Shown: positions 51,599 through 62,042, counted from the stretch's first letter. The stretch is 64,000 bases of DNA from an uncultured Candidatus Binatia bacterium (GCA_965218425.1 OZ244621.1:2496001-2560000); one strand, 5' to 3'. Program-made: numbers and translations. Notes: generated by a model from the letters alone, not told the origin.

Positions 51599-51880
51599 AT
51601 GAGCACACAGAGTTCTATGCTCCACATCCGGATGGACACCGATTTGAAGCGAAAGGCGACTGAAGCGCTGACGGCGATGGGGCTGTCGGCTTCTGATGCC
51701 GTGCGCCTGTTGTTCCACCGCATCGCGGCCGATCAGGCCTTCCCCCTCGAACTCAAGGTCCCGAACGCGCAAACTCAAAGCGCCATGGCCGAGTCGGAAG
51801 AAATGATGAAGCAGGGCAAGGCGCGATTTGCGACCGCGGACGAGATGTTTGCGGAACTTGAAGAAGCCAGCGGCCAGTAG
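51599..51880 (+). CDS. dinJ: RelB/DinJ family antitoxin
   Basis: RHH N-terminus MLHIRMDTDLKRKA...MGLSASDAVRL, and FPLELKVPNAQT. Confidence 0.9.
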   Translation: MSTQSSMLHIRMDTDLKRKATEALTAMGLSASDAVRLLFHRIAADQAFPLELKVPNAQTQSAMAESEEMMKQGKARFATADEMFAELEEASGQ

Positions 51881-52184
51881 ACGAACGCGCCCGCCTCGCC
51901 GGGTGGACTATACCCGGGACTTTATCAAGGACTGGGAGCGGCTTTCGCGATCCGGTCGATATGATATGAAGCGGCTGAAAGCGGTCATGCTGATTCTTAT
52001 CGCAAACGAAGCCCCGCTCGGTCCCGAACGGAGGGATCACCCGCTGAAAGGCGTATGGGCGAACCACCGGGAATGCCATGTGGGTGGCGACTTCCTGCTG
52101 ATTTATCAGGTCGATGATTCGGTAGGCCCAGGCGGTTCAATCAACTTCGTCCGTGTCGGCACCCACGCCGAACTGTTCCAATGA
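51858..52184 (+). CDS. yafQ: YafQ family mRNA interferase toxin
   Basis: YTRDFIKDW, DHPLKGVW..HRECHVGGDFLLIY and RVGTHAELF; overlaps the antitoxin stop and the yeeB start. Confidence 0.9.
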   Translation: MKKPAASRRTRPPRRVDYTRDFIKDWERLSRSGRYDMKRLKAVMLILIANEAPLGPERRDHPLKGVWANHRECHVGGDFLLIYQVDDSVGPGGSINFVRVGTHAELFQ

Positions 52185-54229
52185 CTACAGGCAAGATCAT
52201 CCCCTCCGTCTCCGTCACTTACGCGCGGAACGGCCGTTCCACTAGATCTAACGAGTTGGGCATGCGCCCGATGCAGGAGCGGGCCTGGGAGAAGCGGGGA
52301 GAACAATATCTCCTGATCAAATCGCCCCCGGCATCCGGCAAGAGCAGGGCGCTGATGTTCATTGCGCTGGACAAGGTCCATAGCCAGGATCTGCGTCAGG
52401 CCATCATCGTCGTGCCCGAGAAGACGATCGGCGCCAGCTTCAATGACGAGCCGTTGAGCCACTTCGGCTTCTGGTCCGACTGGACCGTTCTGCCGCAATG
52501 GAACCTCTGCAACGCGCCGGGCACCGAGGGCGGCAAGGTCAAGTCGGTCAGGGCATTTCTCGACAGTAGCGATGAGTTTATGGTCTGCACCCACGCCACC
52601 TTCCGCTTCGCGGTGGACAAGTTCGGAGTACAAGCCTTTGACGACCGGTTGATCGCCGTGGACGAGTTCCATCACGTCTCGGCCAATCCCGACAACAAGC
52701 TGGGCCTGCACCTCGGCCAGTTCATTGCACGCGACAAGACGCACATCGTGGCGATGACGGGGTCGTACTTCCGAGGCGATGCCGAGCCCGTGCTGATGCC
52801 GCATGACGAGGCGAAGTTCGAAACCGTTACCTACACCTACTACGAGCAACTCAACGGCTATGAGCATCTGAAGCAGCTCGACATCGGCTACTTCTTCTAC
52901 ACCGGGAGTTATGCCGACGACATCCTGAAGGTGCTCGATCCGAACGAGAAGACGATCATTCACATTCCGAGCGTCAATTCACGGGAGAGCACGAAGGACA
53001 AGGTCCGGGAGGTCGAGCACATCATCGAGGAACTAGGCGAGTGGCAGGGCGCCGATTCGGCGAGCGGCTTCCAACTGGTAAAGACGCCCGCAGGCCGTGT
53101 CCTCCGGATCGCCGATCTGGTCGACGATAACCCTGCCCGGCGGGATCGGGTTGCGGCGACGCTCAGAGACCCGGCGCAGAAGAACAATCGTGACCATGTG
53201 GACATCATCGTCGCTCTGGGCATGGCCAAAGAGGGATTCGATTGGATCTGGTGCGATCACGCGCTGACGGTCGGCTATCGGTCAAGCCTCACCGAGATCG
53301 TGCAGATCATCGGCCGTGCAACGCGCGACGCTCCCGGCAAGACCCGTACCCGTTTCACCAACCTGATTGCGGAGCCCGATGCCTCCGAAGAGGCCGTCAC
53401 CGAGGCCGTGAACGACACGCTGAAGGCCATCGCGGCAAGCTTGCTAATGGAACAGGTGCTGGCTCCGCGCTTCAACTTTACGCCCAAGGTGCAGGATGGC
53501 GGGCCGGTCCAAGGTTTCGATTATGGAGACGAGGGTTACGACTCCGGGAAATGCAATGTCGGCTTCAACGAGGAGTCCGGCCAGTTCCAGATTGAGATCA
53601 AAGGGCTGGCGGAGCCGAAGAGCAAGGAAGCCGGGCGTATCTGCCAGGAAGACCTGAACGAGGTGATCACCGCCTTTGTACAGGACAAGACGGCCATCGA
53701 ACGTGGAATTTTCGACGATGAGCTTGTGCCTGAGGAACTGACCCAGGTGCGGATGGGCAAGATCATCAAGGACCGATACCCCGATCTCGATGAAGCGGAT
53801 CAAGAGGCCGTACGCCAACATGCCATTGCCGCCCTGAACCTGACCCAAAAGGCGAAAGAAATCGTGCTTGATGACACGGAAGTGCAAAACGGCGGTACGG
53901 CCCTGATCGACGGCTTGCGGAAATTCGCGATGGATGTGCGCGACCTCAATATTGACCTGATTGACCGGATCAATCCGTTTGGCGAAGCCTATGCCATCCT
54001 CGCCAAGACCATGAGCGAGGAGAGCCTGAAGCAGGTTGCAGCCGTCATTTCTGCGAAGAAGGTCCAGCTTACGCCCGAGGATGCCCGCGACCTCGCAAGA
54101 CGTGCCTTGAAGTTCAAGCAGGAGCGTGGCCGGCTGCCGTCGGTCACATCGCCCGATGCTTGGGAGAAGCGCATGGCCGAAGGCGTGGCCTTCCTTGCAC
54201 GGATGAAAGCCCAGGCCGCCGATGTCTAA
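52181..54229 (+). CDS. YeeB-like SF2 DEAD/DEAH helicase
   Basis: Q-motif MRPMQERA, Walker A SPPASGKS, DEFHH, MTGS, KEGFDW and QIIGRATR. Confidence 0.88.
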   Translation: MTTGKIIPSVSVTYARNGRSTRSNELGMRPMQERAWEKRGEQYLLIKSPPASGKSRALMFIALDKVHSQDLRQAIIVVPEKTIGASFNDEPLSHFGFWSDWTVLPQWNLCNAPGTEGGKVKSVRAFLDSSDEFMVCTHATFRFAVDKFGVQAFDDRLIAVDEFHHVSANPDNKLGLHLGQFIARDKTHIVAMTGSYFRGDAEPVLMPHDEAKFETVTYTYYEQLNGYEHLKQLDIGYFFYTGSYADDILKVLDPNEKTIIHIPSVNSRESTKDKVREVEHIIEELGEWQGADSASGFQLVKTPAGRVLRIADLVDDNPARRDRVAATLRDPAQKNNRDHVDIIVALGMAKEGFDWIWCDHALTVGYRSSLTEIVQIIGRATRDAPGKTRTRFTNLIAEPDASEEAVTEAVNDTLKAIAASLLMEQVLAPRFNFTPKVQDGGPVQGFDYGDEGYDSGKCNVGFNEESGQFQIEIKGLAEPKSKEAGRICQEDLNEVITAFVQDKTAIERGIFDDELVPEELTQVRMGKIIKDRYPDLDEADQEAVRQHAIAALNLTQKAKEIVLDDTEVQNGGTALIDGLRKFAMDVRDLNIDLIDRINPFGEAYAILAKTMSEESLKQVAAVISAKKVQLTPEDARDLARRALKFKQERGRLPSVTSPDAWEKRMAEGVAFLARMKAQAADV

Positions 54230-55406
54230 GGACTTCACGGAAGAGGACGATGCCCTTCTCGACGAGCTCGGTGTCGAGGTCGAACCCACGAAGGCGGGCA
54301 GCCGCACGCCTCGCGAAGAACGGATCATTGCAGGCTTTGAGGAAATCCAGCGGTTCGTCGAGACGCATGGCCGCGCGCCACAGCATGGCGAGGATCGCGA
54401 TATTTTCGAGCGACTCTACGCCGTCAGGCTGGATCGTATCCGCGAACAGGAAGAAACCCGCGCGTTGCTTGCCCCGATCGACCATCAGGCGCTTCTGAAT
54501 GTTGGAACTGCAACGGCATTGCCGTTCCCGGACGACATGGATGACGATGCACTACTGGCCGAACTTGGCATTGAGGTCAAGGCGCCAGGCATCACCGAGC
54601 TTCGCCATGTTCGATCGACTGCCGAAAAGCGCGCGGCAGAGGAAGTTGCCATTCGCCGGAAATGCGAGGACTTCGAGACGTTCAGACCGCTCTTCGAGCA
54701 GGTTCAGAAAGAACTCGATATGGGCATCCGCGAGACCCGTCCAGTGGAGCTCAAGGCTGAAATCATACCTGGCCGGTTCTTCATCGTCGGCGGCCAGAAA
54801 GCCTATGTAGCCGAAATGGGCAAGCAGTTCACACAACAGTATGGCGACAAGGACGCCCGGCTGCGCATGATTTTCGACAACGGCACCGAAAACAACATGC
54901 TCATGCGCTCGCTTCAGCGTGCGCTCCACAAGGATGCTGCTGGCAGACGGATTGCCGATGACACGGCCGGTCCCCTATTCGCGGAACAGACAGCCGACGG
55001 CGACGAGGCCAGCGGCACAATCTATGTTCTGCGGAGCAAATCCGATCTTCCGTTCGTCGCAGAGAACCGCGATCTTGTTCACAAGATCGGCGTCACGAAT
55101 GCGAGCGTTGAAGAGCGGATAGTAGGCGCGAGGCTTCAACCGACATTCCTTATGGCGGATGTCGAGGTAGTCGCCACTTACAAGCTCTACAACATCAACC
55201 GAAGCAAGCTGGAAAACCTGATTCACCGCTTCTTCGCCCCCGCTCGCCTTGAGATCGAGATCAAGGATCGTTTCAGCAACCCGGTCGTTCCCCGCGAATG
55301 GTTTCTGGTACCCCTCGGCGCGATCGACGATGCCGTCGAGAAGATCAGAGAAGGAACTATTACCCGGTATTCCTATGACACAAACACAGCGTCTCTCATC
55401 GGTTAG
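54222..55406 (+). CDS. YeeC-like T5orf172/GIY-YIG nuclease
   Basis: C-terminal GTIYVLRS...HKIGVT...VEERI...LENLIHRFF...PREWF. Confidence 0.85.
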   Translation: MSKDFTEEDDALLDELGVEVEPTKAGSRTPREERIIAGFEEIQRFVETHGRAPQHGEDRDIFERLYAVRLDRIREQEETRALLAPIDHQALLNVGTATALPFPDDMDDDALLAELGIEVKAPGITELRHVRSTAEKRAAEEVAIRRKCEDFETFRPLFEQVQKELDMGIRETRPVELKAEIIPGRFFIVGGQKAYVAEMGKQFTQQYGDKDARLRMIFDNGTENNMLMRSLQRALHKDAAGRRIADDTAGPLFAEQTADGDEASGTIYVLRSKSDLPFVAENRDLVHKIGVTNASVEERIVGARLQPTFLMADVEVVATYKLYNINRSKLENLIHRFFAPARLEIEIKDRFSNPVVPREWFLVPLGAIDDAVEKIREGTITRYSYDTNTASLIG

Positions 55407-55459
55407 ACCGCTTTCCCACAGGGATTTCCTGTGGCAGGAGTCCGCTGCGGAGGGGATGC

Positions 55460-55933
55460 ATGAGCGTGCACATGCCCACCGACTGGGACTCCGGTCGAGG
55501 TACGCGATGCTTCAAGGTGTACGGGAAAGGTGGGGACAAGGCCAGCCCGGAGAAGCGCTACAGTCCGTCGGAGTGCACGGGAACCATGACGCAGATCATC
55601 GAGGGCGACCCGGACGGGCAGCACATCAGCACGTCTTACGTGGAGAGCCACAACCTCACCATGCGGATGCCCATGCGGCGCTTCATCAGGCTGACCAACG
55701 CTTTCAGCAAGCGGCTGGAGTACGTGTCCTCCTCGGTTGCGCTGAACTTCATGCATTACAATTTCTACCGAATTCACAAGACCCTGAGAGTTACCCCGGT
55801 GATCGATGCTGGCGTTACGGATCGGCTGTGGGAAATCGGTGACATTGTGGACATGGTGGAAGCTGCTGCGCCGAAGCACAACCGCCCTGCAACCTACAAG
55901 AAGCGTGGGCAGATTTCTAACAGAGCCACTACC
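55460..55933 (+). mobile_element. IS1-like transposase 3' remnant with degenerate right IR
   Basis: KRYSPSEC...GDPD..HISTSYVE..NLTMRM..RRF.RLTNAFSK...YNF.RIHKTLRVTP..AGVTD.LW; end ATTTCTAACAGAGCCACTACC. Confidence 0.75.
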
Positions 55934-56010
55934 GCGCCTTCAAAGGCATTGACTCCTTTGTCTTGATTCCATATCATTCATTCGTCCGTCGATCGTTGAA
56001 GACAGCAAAG

Positions 56011-56040
56011 TTGACAGGTCTGAAGAGGGTTCGGTAGAGT
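56011..56040 (+). promoter_or_regulatory. putative sigma70 promoter of the three-gene HEPN cassette
   Basis: TTGACA, 18-bp spacer, TAGAGT. Confidence 0.45.
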
Positions 56041-56071
56041 ATGAAAATAAGGGATAAACGCTTGGTGACCA

Positions 56072-56758
56072 ATGGAACAAATCGTCCTTAAACCACTACG
56101 TACAGATGTGTTATACGAAGGAAAATTTACTGAAATCGCATTCGGGCTGCTTTCGAATACACACACTTTGTATGCAGCTCTCTTAAAACATCTAGGTAAA
56201 TATGGTGCTACGCTACAGGACTTGAGAATCGATGCGTCAGTGCTGGCGAATGCTAATATTTCGTGTAGTCTCTTGAATCATCATACAAATGTGACAATCA
56301 GATTACAGTCATGTTCGGTTTACATTTCGCCGTTCTATCAAGTCGGTAAAGAGGTCGCAAGTATGATATTGAACGACTTCACAGCGGCGATCCACGATGC
56401 TGGGCCACCGATTAAAGTCGGTGAACATGTGGCGTCGGTAAGCATCCAGACCCAAATTTTGGATTCTACTTATTCCGATTTGATGCAACGATACGTGACG
56501 GTACCTTCTGGCCTAGGGGAAAAAACTCAAACGGGCGTGGCTTTTTATTATCCAGGAAACGAACCACAGGGTGAAGTTGGAGGCAATATTATAGTAGATA
56601 GAATTCCTGGCCAAGAAAACGGGTTAATCCTAAAAATTAATCAAGCCTTCGATGCCACGAAGGTTCCTATCGAAAATTTTACCAAACATGTTGCGGAGGG
56701 CACTACTCGGTCTTTAAACATCCTAGGCCTAAAATTAGAGTTGGAGCACGGACAATGA
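56072..56758 (+). CDS. hypothetical protein (alpha/beta, possibly TIGR04255-like)
   Basis: Intact 228-aa ORF in AT-rich DNA with an ATGA overlap to the next ORF; the family assignment is a guess. Confidence 0.7.
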   Translation: MEQIVLKPLRTDVLYEGKFTEIAFGLLSNTHTLYAALLKHLGKYGATLQDLRIDASVLANANISCSLLNHHTNVTIRLQSCSVYISPFYQVGKEVASMILNDFTAAIHDAGPPIKVGEHVASVSIQTQILDSTYSDLMQRYVTVPSGLGEKTQTGVAFYYPGNEPQGEVGGNIIVDRIPGQENGLILKINQAFDATKVPIENFTKHVAEGTTRSLNILGLKLELEHGQ

Positions 56759-57411
56759 GTGAACTGGCTAAAATCATGGAGGTTAGAAATAGAGATTCCT
56801 GGCATCCGAGGGAAACGGTCGCTCTGGGTTCGGATGAGCCATCTGCCAAAATACTTCACCCAGGCTGGATAGGGACTAGGGGACCGGTAATAAGCACCCT
56901 TGTAGATACCCTTGCGGATCTAGTTGAAAGTTGGGGCTTAAGGGATGCTCGGACAGCATTTGACTTGCCATCCACAAGAAGAGAAATTACAGCTGTGCTA
57001 GGCACAGGGCTGCCTCTCCGTTTGCCGGATACACTAAGTATTGCCTTACCAATCTCTGAAACAGAACGAATTAAGGACTGGTCTCGCTTGGGAAGGGGGT
57101 ATTTTGCGAATCCACCACATGAAACTGTTACGCCACTAGCAGAGGAATATGCCAAGGCTAAAGGACTTTATGGCTCGCTTTTTGTAGTAAAAGCAATCGT
57201 AAACGAGATTATGCCTTCCGCGGAAGCGCTTCTTGTGGATCTTAGGGAAGACTTTGATGACCTCGGTTATGCCACGGTTTGCTTTACTGTCACAACTCGG
57301 GAGTCGGTTGACCGTGCTCTAGAGTTAGATGATGCGCTTCAAGATGCTTTGATTGATCGCATCCCACCTCACCATCGTTTGCACCTCTCCTTTAACTATA
57401 AGTTTGAATAA
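56755..57411 (+). CDS. hypothetical protein, putative HEPN partner
   Basis: Intact 218-aa ORF with an acidic alpha/beta C-terminal domain; 8 bp upstream of the HEPN gene. Confidence 0.7.
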   Translation: MSELAKIMEVRNRDSWHPRETVALGSDEPSAKILHPGWIGTRGPVISTLVDTLADLVESWGLRDARTAFDLPSTRREITAVLGTGLPLRLPDTLSIALPISETERIKDWSRLGRGYFANPPHETVTPLAEEYAKAKGLYGSLFVVKAIVNEIMPSAEALLVDLREDFDDLGYATVCFTVTTRESVDRALELDDALQDALIDRIPPHHRLHLSFNYKFE

Positions 57412-57419
57412 ATACTAAA

Positions 57420-57845
57420 ATGTTTGATCCAACCGACTTTCTGAAGATTGCCAATCGGTATCATGCCTCGCCTTTGGAATCAGAACGGCGAACAGCAATC
57501 GGGCGATCATACTATGCCGTTTATAATCTTCTTATTGGGAAACTTTCAAAAGAAGGGGTTCTCTTCAAAGAGAACGCTAGCGATCATGGGACGCTCGTAT
57601 ACTATCTTGTAAACTCTAAAGTTCTTGAAGCTCAAAAGGCTGGAGGAGCTTTGAAGGACTTAAGAAACTACCGAAACGATGCCGATTACAGGATGGAAAA
57701 GGATATTAACGTACAGCAAAGTAAATTCACATTTCAGAAAGCACAAAGAACAATAACTCAATTTAAGGTCCTAAGCTCTACAAAATTCAAACAACTCGCT
57801 GCGGCAATTCACCGCCTCCCACCTCCCTCATGGATGAACAAATAA
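57420..57845 (+). CDS. HEPN-domain protein (UPF0332/COG1895-like)
   Basis: MFDPTDFLKIA...RTAIGRSYYAVY...H...LRNYRNDADY (Rx4Y variant). Confidence 0.85.
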   Translation: MFDPTDFLKIANRYHASPLESERRTAIGRSYYAVYNLLIGKLSKEGVLFKENASDHGTLVYYLVNSKVLEAQKAGGALKDLRNYRNDADYRMEKDINVQQSKFTFQKAQRTITQFKVLSSTKFKQLAAAIHRLPPPSWMNK

Positions 57846-58042
57846 GGGGTCACTCATTGGAAGGCAGCTGTCAGGAGGCAAGAGTAATCCGCTAAGAGAT
57901 AATCTCCGTTGTTTTCCCCGCAAATGTCGTGATCCCAGTAACACGCCCCTGTGTTCGTTGATTCGGTGTCGGACATGATCCGCACCAGTCACCCACCAGG
58001 ATCAGGGCCTGGGAGTTATCGCTCTTTGAATAGGGAGCACCT

Positions 58043-58070
58043 TGAATCGCCCCGGCTTTCACGGACAGTT
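58043..58070. mobile_element. isolated IS3-like terminal inverted repeat truncating hsdS
   Basis: TGAATCGCCCCGGCTTTCACGGACA resembles IS3-family ends; hsdS similarity stops here. Confidence 0.45.
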
Positions 58071-58084
58071 AGTTTCCAATTTGC

Positions 58085-58288
58085 ATAGACGACTCCGGAT
58101 TGTATTTGTGATTTAGGTAGATCAAAGCCTCTTTGTAACGGCGCGACTTTACGAATGGGTGCTAGTGCCCAATCCTCGGGAATCACACCTACCTCGGCCT
58201 GCCTGTATCCGGGCGGTACGTCGTGCGCTTCGGCTGTCGACAAATAAGGGGCATGAGCATCGTTGATCTGTGTGGCGTTCTTGCTCAT
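58085..58288 (-). pseudogene. hsdS: type I RM specificity subunit, N-terminal fragment
   Basis: VPPGYRQAEVGVIPEDW...LQRGFDLP; ATGA overlap with the hsdM stop. Confidence 0.75.
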
Positions 58289-60479
58289 TCCCACACCATC
58301 CCCATCTTCTTCAGATGCCTCGCGACCTTCTTGTCGAACTTATTCACTCCCTGTTCCAACTCCAGCAACGGCTCAGCGTAGCGCTCTTCCAGGACCTTCA
58401 CGCGCCCGGCGAGTTGCTGCGTTCGTCGTTCCAACTAGCTCTTGATGGCGGAATCCAAAGCGGCGAGCCACTTGTCCTCCACCACCAGCCGCTTGATTTC
58501 CGCATCGGTGAGCTTGGGATACTTGGCGTCTAACTTTGCGTCCATGTCTTCCCGCGCCTTCTTCACTCGGCTCTTCATGTCGGCCTGCTTTTCAGGAAGG
58601 GCAGTGTAATCTTCCAGTGCCTGGCGCTCATCGGCAAACTCCGGGTCTTTTCCGATTTCCTTGAGGCGAGCTTTCAATGCCTTGGTGGTGATCTTCTGCT
58701 TATCGCCTTCACCCTCGATGAATTCGGCTAGCAGCCCTTCCTCTCCGCCCTGTTCCTCTCTCTGTTCGCGGAGATGTTGTTCGATTACAGCCAGTTTCCT
58801 TCCATGGCCTTGATGGTCTCCCGTTCAACCACGAAATAGCGGGCAATGAGAATCTCTGCGAGGAAAAGGTCGGATTTGAAACGGAGCTTGCCTTTGTTGT
58901 AGTCGTGTGCCTCGGGCCAGACTAATTTGCCGTCCTTGTTTTTCACCCGAAGAATCTCGCGAGACTGTGCCCCCGCTTTCCAGCTATCTCCAGCGATGAT
59001 GTAGCAGTCGTCCCGCATGGACTCCGCCCAGTACACCATAAGGTGTTGATACACATCGTAGGCATCGAGCAGCGGATCTCTCCGAAAGGTGGCGAGCAAA
59101 TCCTCGGCGATGGTTTCGATGAGCGCCTTGGGATGGCCGTTCTTGTCGAAATACTTGAGCAGCGGGGTGCTTGCTTTTTTCCATTTGTTGAAGAGTTTGG
59201 TCACGGAGTCGTTGAACGCGTTGAACTCGGCATGACTCGAGATGGTGGGCTTTACTTCGGCGATGGGGATCTGCAACTCGCAGTAACCGGAGCGGTTTCC
59301 CTATTTGAATATTGCCGCACGCACCCGGGGGTGACCTGCGAGTAGTGTTCAAGGGCGTCAATATCACGGTTGGGGATGCCGCCGTTCAGGTGTGCGTTGA
59401 GATCGTGCAGATCCTCGAGCTTGCTGGAGTCGATGTAGCGCGAGATTGAGGTTGTGGTTGTTCTTCGAGTCGCTGATTTCCGCGACCGGCACCATGCGCG
59501 AGTAGTGCGGAAATTCTGCCTGGCGGGTGAAGGTGTCCACAATCTTGTGGATATCCTGCTCGCACAGGCGGTTTTTCTTGTCGTCCTTGATGCAATCCTT
59601 GGAGGCATCGATCATGAAGATACCCCTGCTGGCGTTTGCGCCTTTCTTGTCGAGGATGATGATGCAAGCAGGGATACCCGTGCCGTAAAAGAGGTTCGCC
59701 GGCAGGCGATAATACCCCTGATGACGCCGCGCTGGACGAGGTTCTTACGGATGGCTGCCTCAACATTGCCTCGGAACAAGATGCCGTGCGGGAGGATACA
59801 CGCGCCTTTACCTCTGGACTTGATTGAACGGAGGATATGCAGCAGGTAGGCGTAGTCGCCTTGTTTGCCGGGCGGAACACCTTAGTGCTTGAAGCGCTGC
59901 CAGGGATCGTGCTCGGCGTCGAGGCCGGTACTCCAACGTTCGTCGCTGAAGGGCGGATTGGCGAGTGTGTTGCCCTGCTTGATGTCTACCGTGGCGTAGT
60001 CGTGCAGGATCATGTTCATCCGGGCGAGGCCGACGGTGGAGGAGTCCTTTTACTGTCCGTAGAGGGTAACTTTTACGTCATTGCCGTGGCGGGCTTCTTC
60101 GCCGATATTCAGGAGCTACGAGCCGGAGCTGCACGTAGGATCATAAACGGCGGTGTCGTTGGAGGAATTCACGTGGCGGATGCCGAGAATCTGTGCGATG
60201 ACGCGGCTGACCTCGTAGAGGTTGTTCGCCTTTTGGAGTGGACCGAGGACCTTCTTGTTTATCCGGTCCCCGATGTCGGTCTTTCCCTTGAGCGCGACCA
60301 TGTCGGCAAAGCCCGCACCTGCCGGGATAGTGATCGGCGTGTAAGGCAGGCCGGCATAGCGGTCGCTGTCGTATTTCACGAACAGCAGGACCAGGACGTA
60401 GTCCTTGTACTGACTGGCGTCCATGCCGCTGCGCAACTCGACCAGAGGGAGGAATAGAGTTCGGATTTTTTAATGGCAT
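58285..60479 (-). pseudogene. hsdM: type I RM methyltransferase subunit, heavily frameshifted and deleted
   Basis: Fragments in shifting frames: IKKSELYSSLW, MDASQYKDYVLVLLFVKY, VYDPTCSSGS, ANPPF, NRLCEQDIHKIVD, DAYDVYQHLM and LVVEDKW. Confidence 0.88.
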
Positions 60480-60598
60480 TAGATTTTCGCTAGCGTAATT
60501 TGCCCTAACTACACAGGCATAAGGATAATTTATAACTATTTCCTGTAACATCCCGTATAATGCAAAGTGCTCTATTATGGCAATCAAGGAGGAAAAGC

Positions 60599-61786
60599 AT
60601 GGCCCGGCACTACTCGACCAAAGACTTCTTCCGGCAGATTCCGAATGCCCTGCTCGCCCGCTACTTCGACCAGCTGGACCTATTCCGCGATTTGGATTTC
60701 TCGGTGATCAACGAGACACAGCCGGACAAGCTATTTGCGGCGTGGTTGACCCTGCCAGATAGTCAGCGTAACGAGAGGGACGCAGAGTTTCGCGACATCT
60801 TCGAGTTGAGCTGCGAGAAAGGCTTCCGGGCAATCATAGACGAGGCGGAATGGCACCTTGGGAAAGATACGGACGCGCGCAATGAGTTCGTCGGGAAACT
60901 CGCTGCACTATCCAACCATTTCGAGCGGGCGATGGTCACCTTCCTCGACCATAATCAATACTGGAAGGGTTCGACGCTTTTCTATCATGCGGATACGTTG
61001 CCCTACTGGCGCAAGCGCAAGAATCTACCGCACATTCGAGCGGCGGTAGACGGTGCAAGCCTTCAAGAACTCGCTGGCCAAATCAGCAATTACTTCCACC
61101 ATACCGAGGGGCGGGGTAGGAACTGCGTCGTGGAGCCCTTTCGCCGTGGCGAACTGGATTACTTCTTTGCCTATCCGGAGGACTATTCCCAACAAAGCAT
61201 TGAATGGGTGGACGGTCAGTTCGGCCGTCGCCCGCACAATCCCGCTTTTGAAGTGATCTACGTTTACTCGCAGAATGAGGGTTCGCTCGACCTGAACTTT
61301 CGCGGTACGTACAAGGCGATCGAACCGCTGCAAGGAATGTTCGCGATGGCGATACTCAATCTCCCAGGCCTGCCGGATGGTCCGAAAGACGGACGCGTGT
61401 ACGATCTTAATCCGCTCCGTCACAAATCCTTCGATTTCAACTGGGACCCTGGCAGCGGTATTCAGGATGTGGCGGTAAAGAAGCTTAGGCTGTCCTCAAA
61501 GGTGACAAAAGGCGAGCGAATCACGGTGGAAGCTGATGCCGTCAAAGACCCTGGTTCGATCCAAGAATTACTAGAAGAGGTTGGCAAGGCTGTACCGCTG
61601 GACCTCTACTACGTAACGCAAGCTGAGATTGCGGCGCAGATCACGGTAGATGAAAAAAAACCGCTGAAATTGGTGACGATCCGTATCACGTATCCTAATT
61701 CCTGCTCACTCAAATATGACGAAATTGATTTGAAGCTGCGTGACATGCTGCACGCTTCCGGGATTGAACCACGGGAGCCGGAGTAA
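60599..61786 (+). CDS. hypothetical island backbone protein
   Basis: Intact 395-aa ORF (MARHYSTKDFFRQIPNALLARYF...) after AGGAGG, with TATAAT upstream; no motif recognised. Confidence 0.8.
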   Translation: MARHYSTKDFFRQIPNALLARYFDQLDLFRDLDFSVINETQPDKLFAAWLTLPDSQRNERDAEFRDIFELSCEKGFRAIIDEAEWHLGKDTDARNEFVGKLAALSNHFERAMVTFLDHNQYWKGSTLFYHADTLPYWRKRKNLPHIRAAVDGASLQELAGQISNYFHHTEGRGRNCVVEPFRRGELDYFFAYPEDYSQQSIEWVDGQFGRRPHNPAFEVIYVYSQNEGSLDLNFRGTYKAIEPLQGMFAMAILNLPGLPDGPKDGRVYDLNPLRHKSFDFNWDPGSGIQDVAVKKLRLSSKVTKGERITVEADAVKDPGSIQELLEEVGKAVPLDLYYVTQAEIAAQITVDEKKPLKLVTIRITYPNSCSLKYDEIDLKLRDMLHASGIEPREPE

Positions 61787-61806
61787 AGGACAGGAGCGGC
61801 CGAAGA

Positions 61807-62042
61807 ATGACGCCAGAAGCCGTGCTAATAGAATTACTTGCCCGATTGGGTGCCCGGAAGGGCGGGGCGGTTTTTGTGAGTGCAGAGGAAGTGAGGCAGT
61901 GGCCACCGGTAGCCGTCGCGGCAATGAAGTCGCAGAAGTTGCTAGTGAATGCGCGCCCGGTTTCCAGCCTGGTATGTCCCGGCTGTGAGCGTGAATGCGT
62001 CATGCCGGTGCATACGCTGCCCGCCGGGCGACGCAGCCCCGC
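61807..62042 (+). pseudogene. hypothetical zinc-finger protein truncated by IS3
   Basis: MTPEAVLIELL...CPGCERECVMPV, then reads directly into the IS end. Confidence 0.65.

Noticed and set aside
47312..54929. Long minus-strand ORFs (47312-48415, 48521-49417, 52106-52963, 53444-54328, 54552-54929)
   Set aside because: They are antisense shadows of GC-rich yeeA/B/C coding frames and carry no recognisable motifs
59837..60457. 206-aa plus-strand ORF
   Set aside because: Antisense to the hsdM pseudogene
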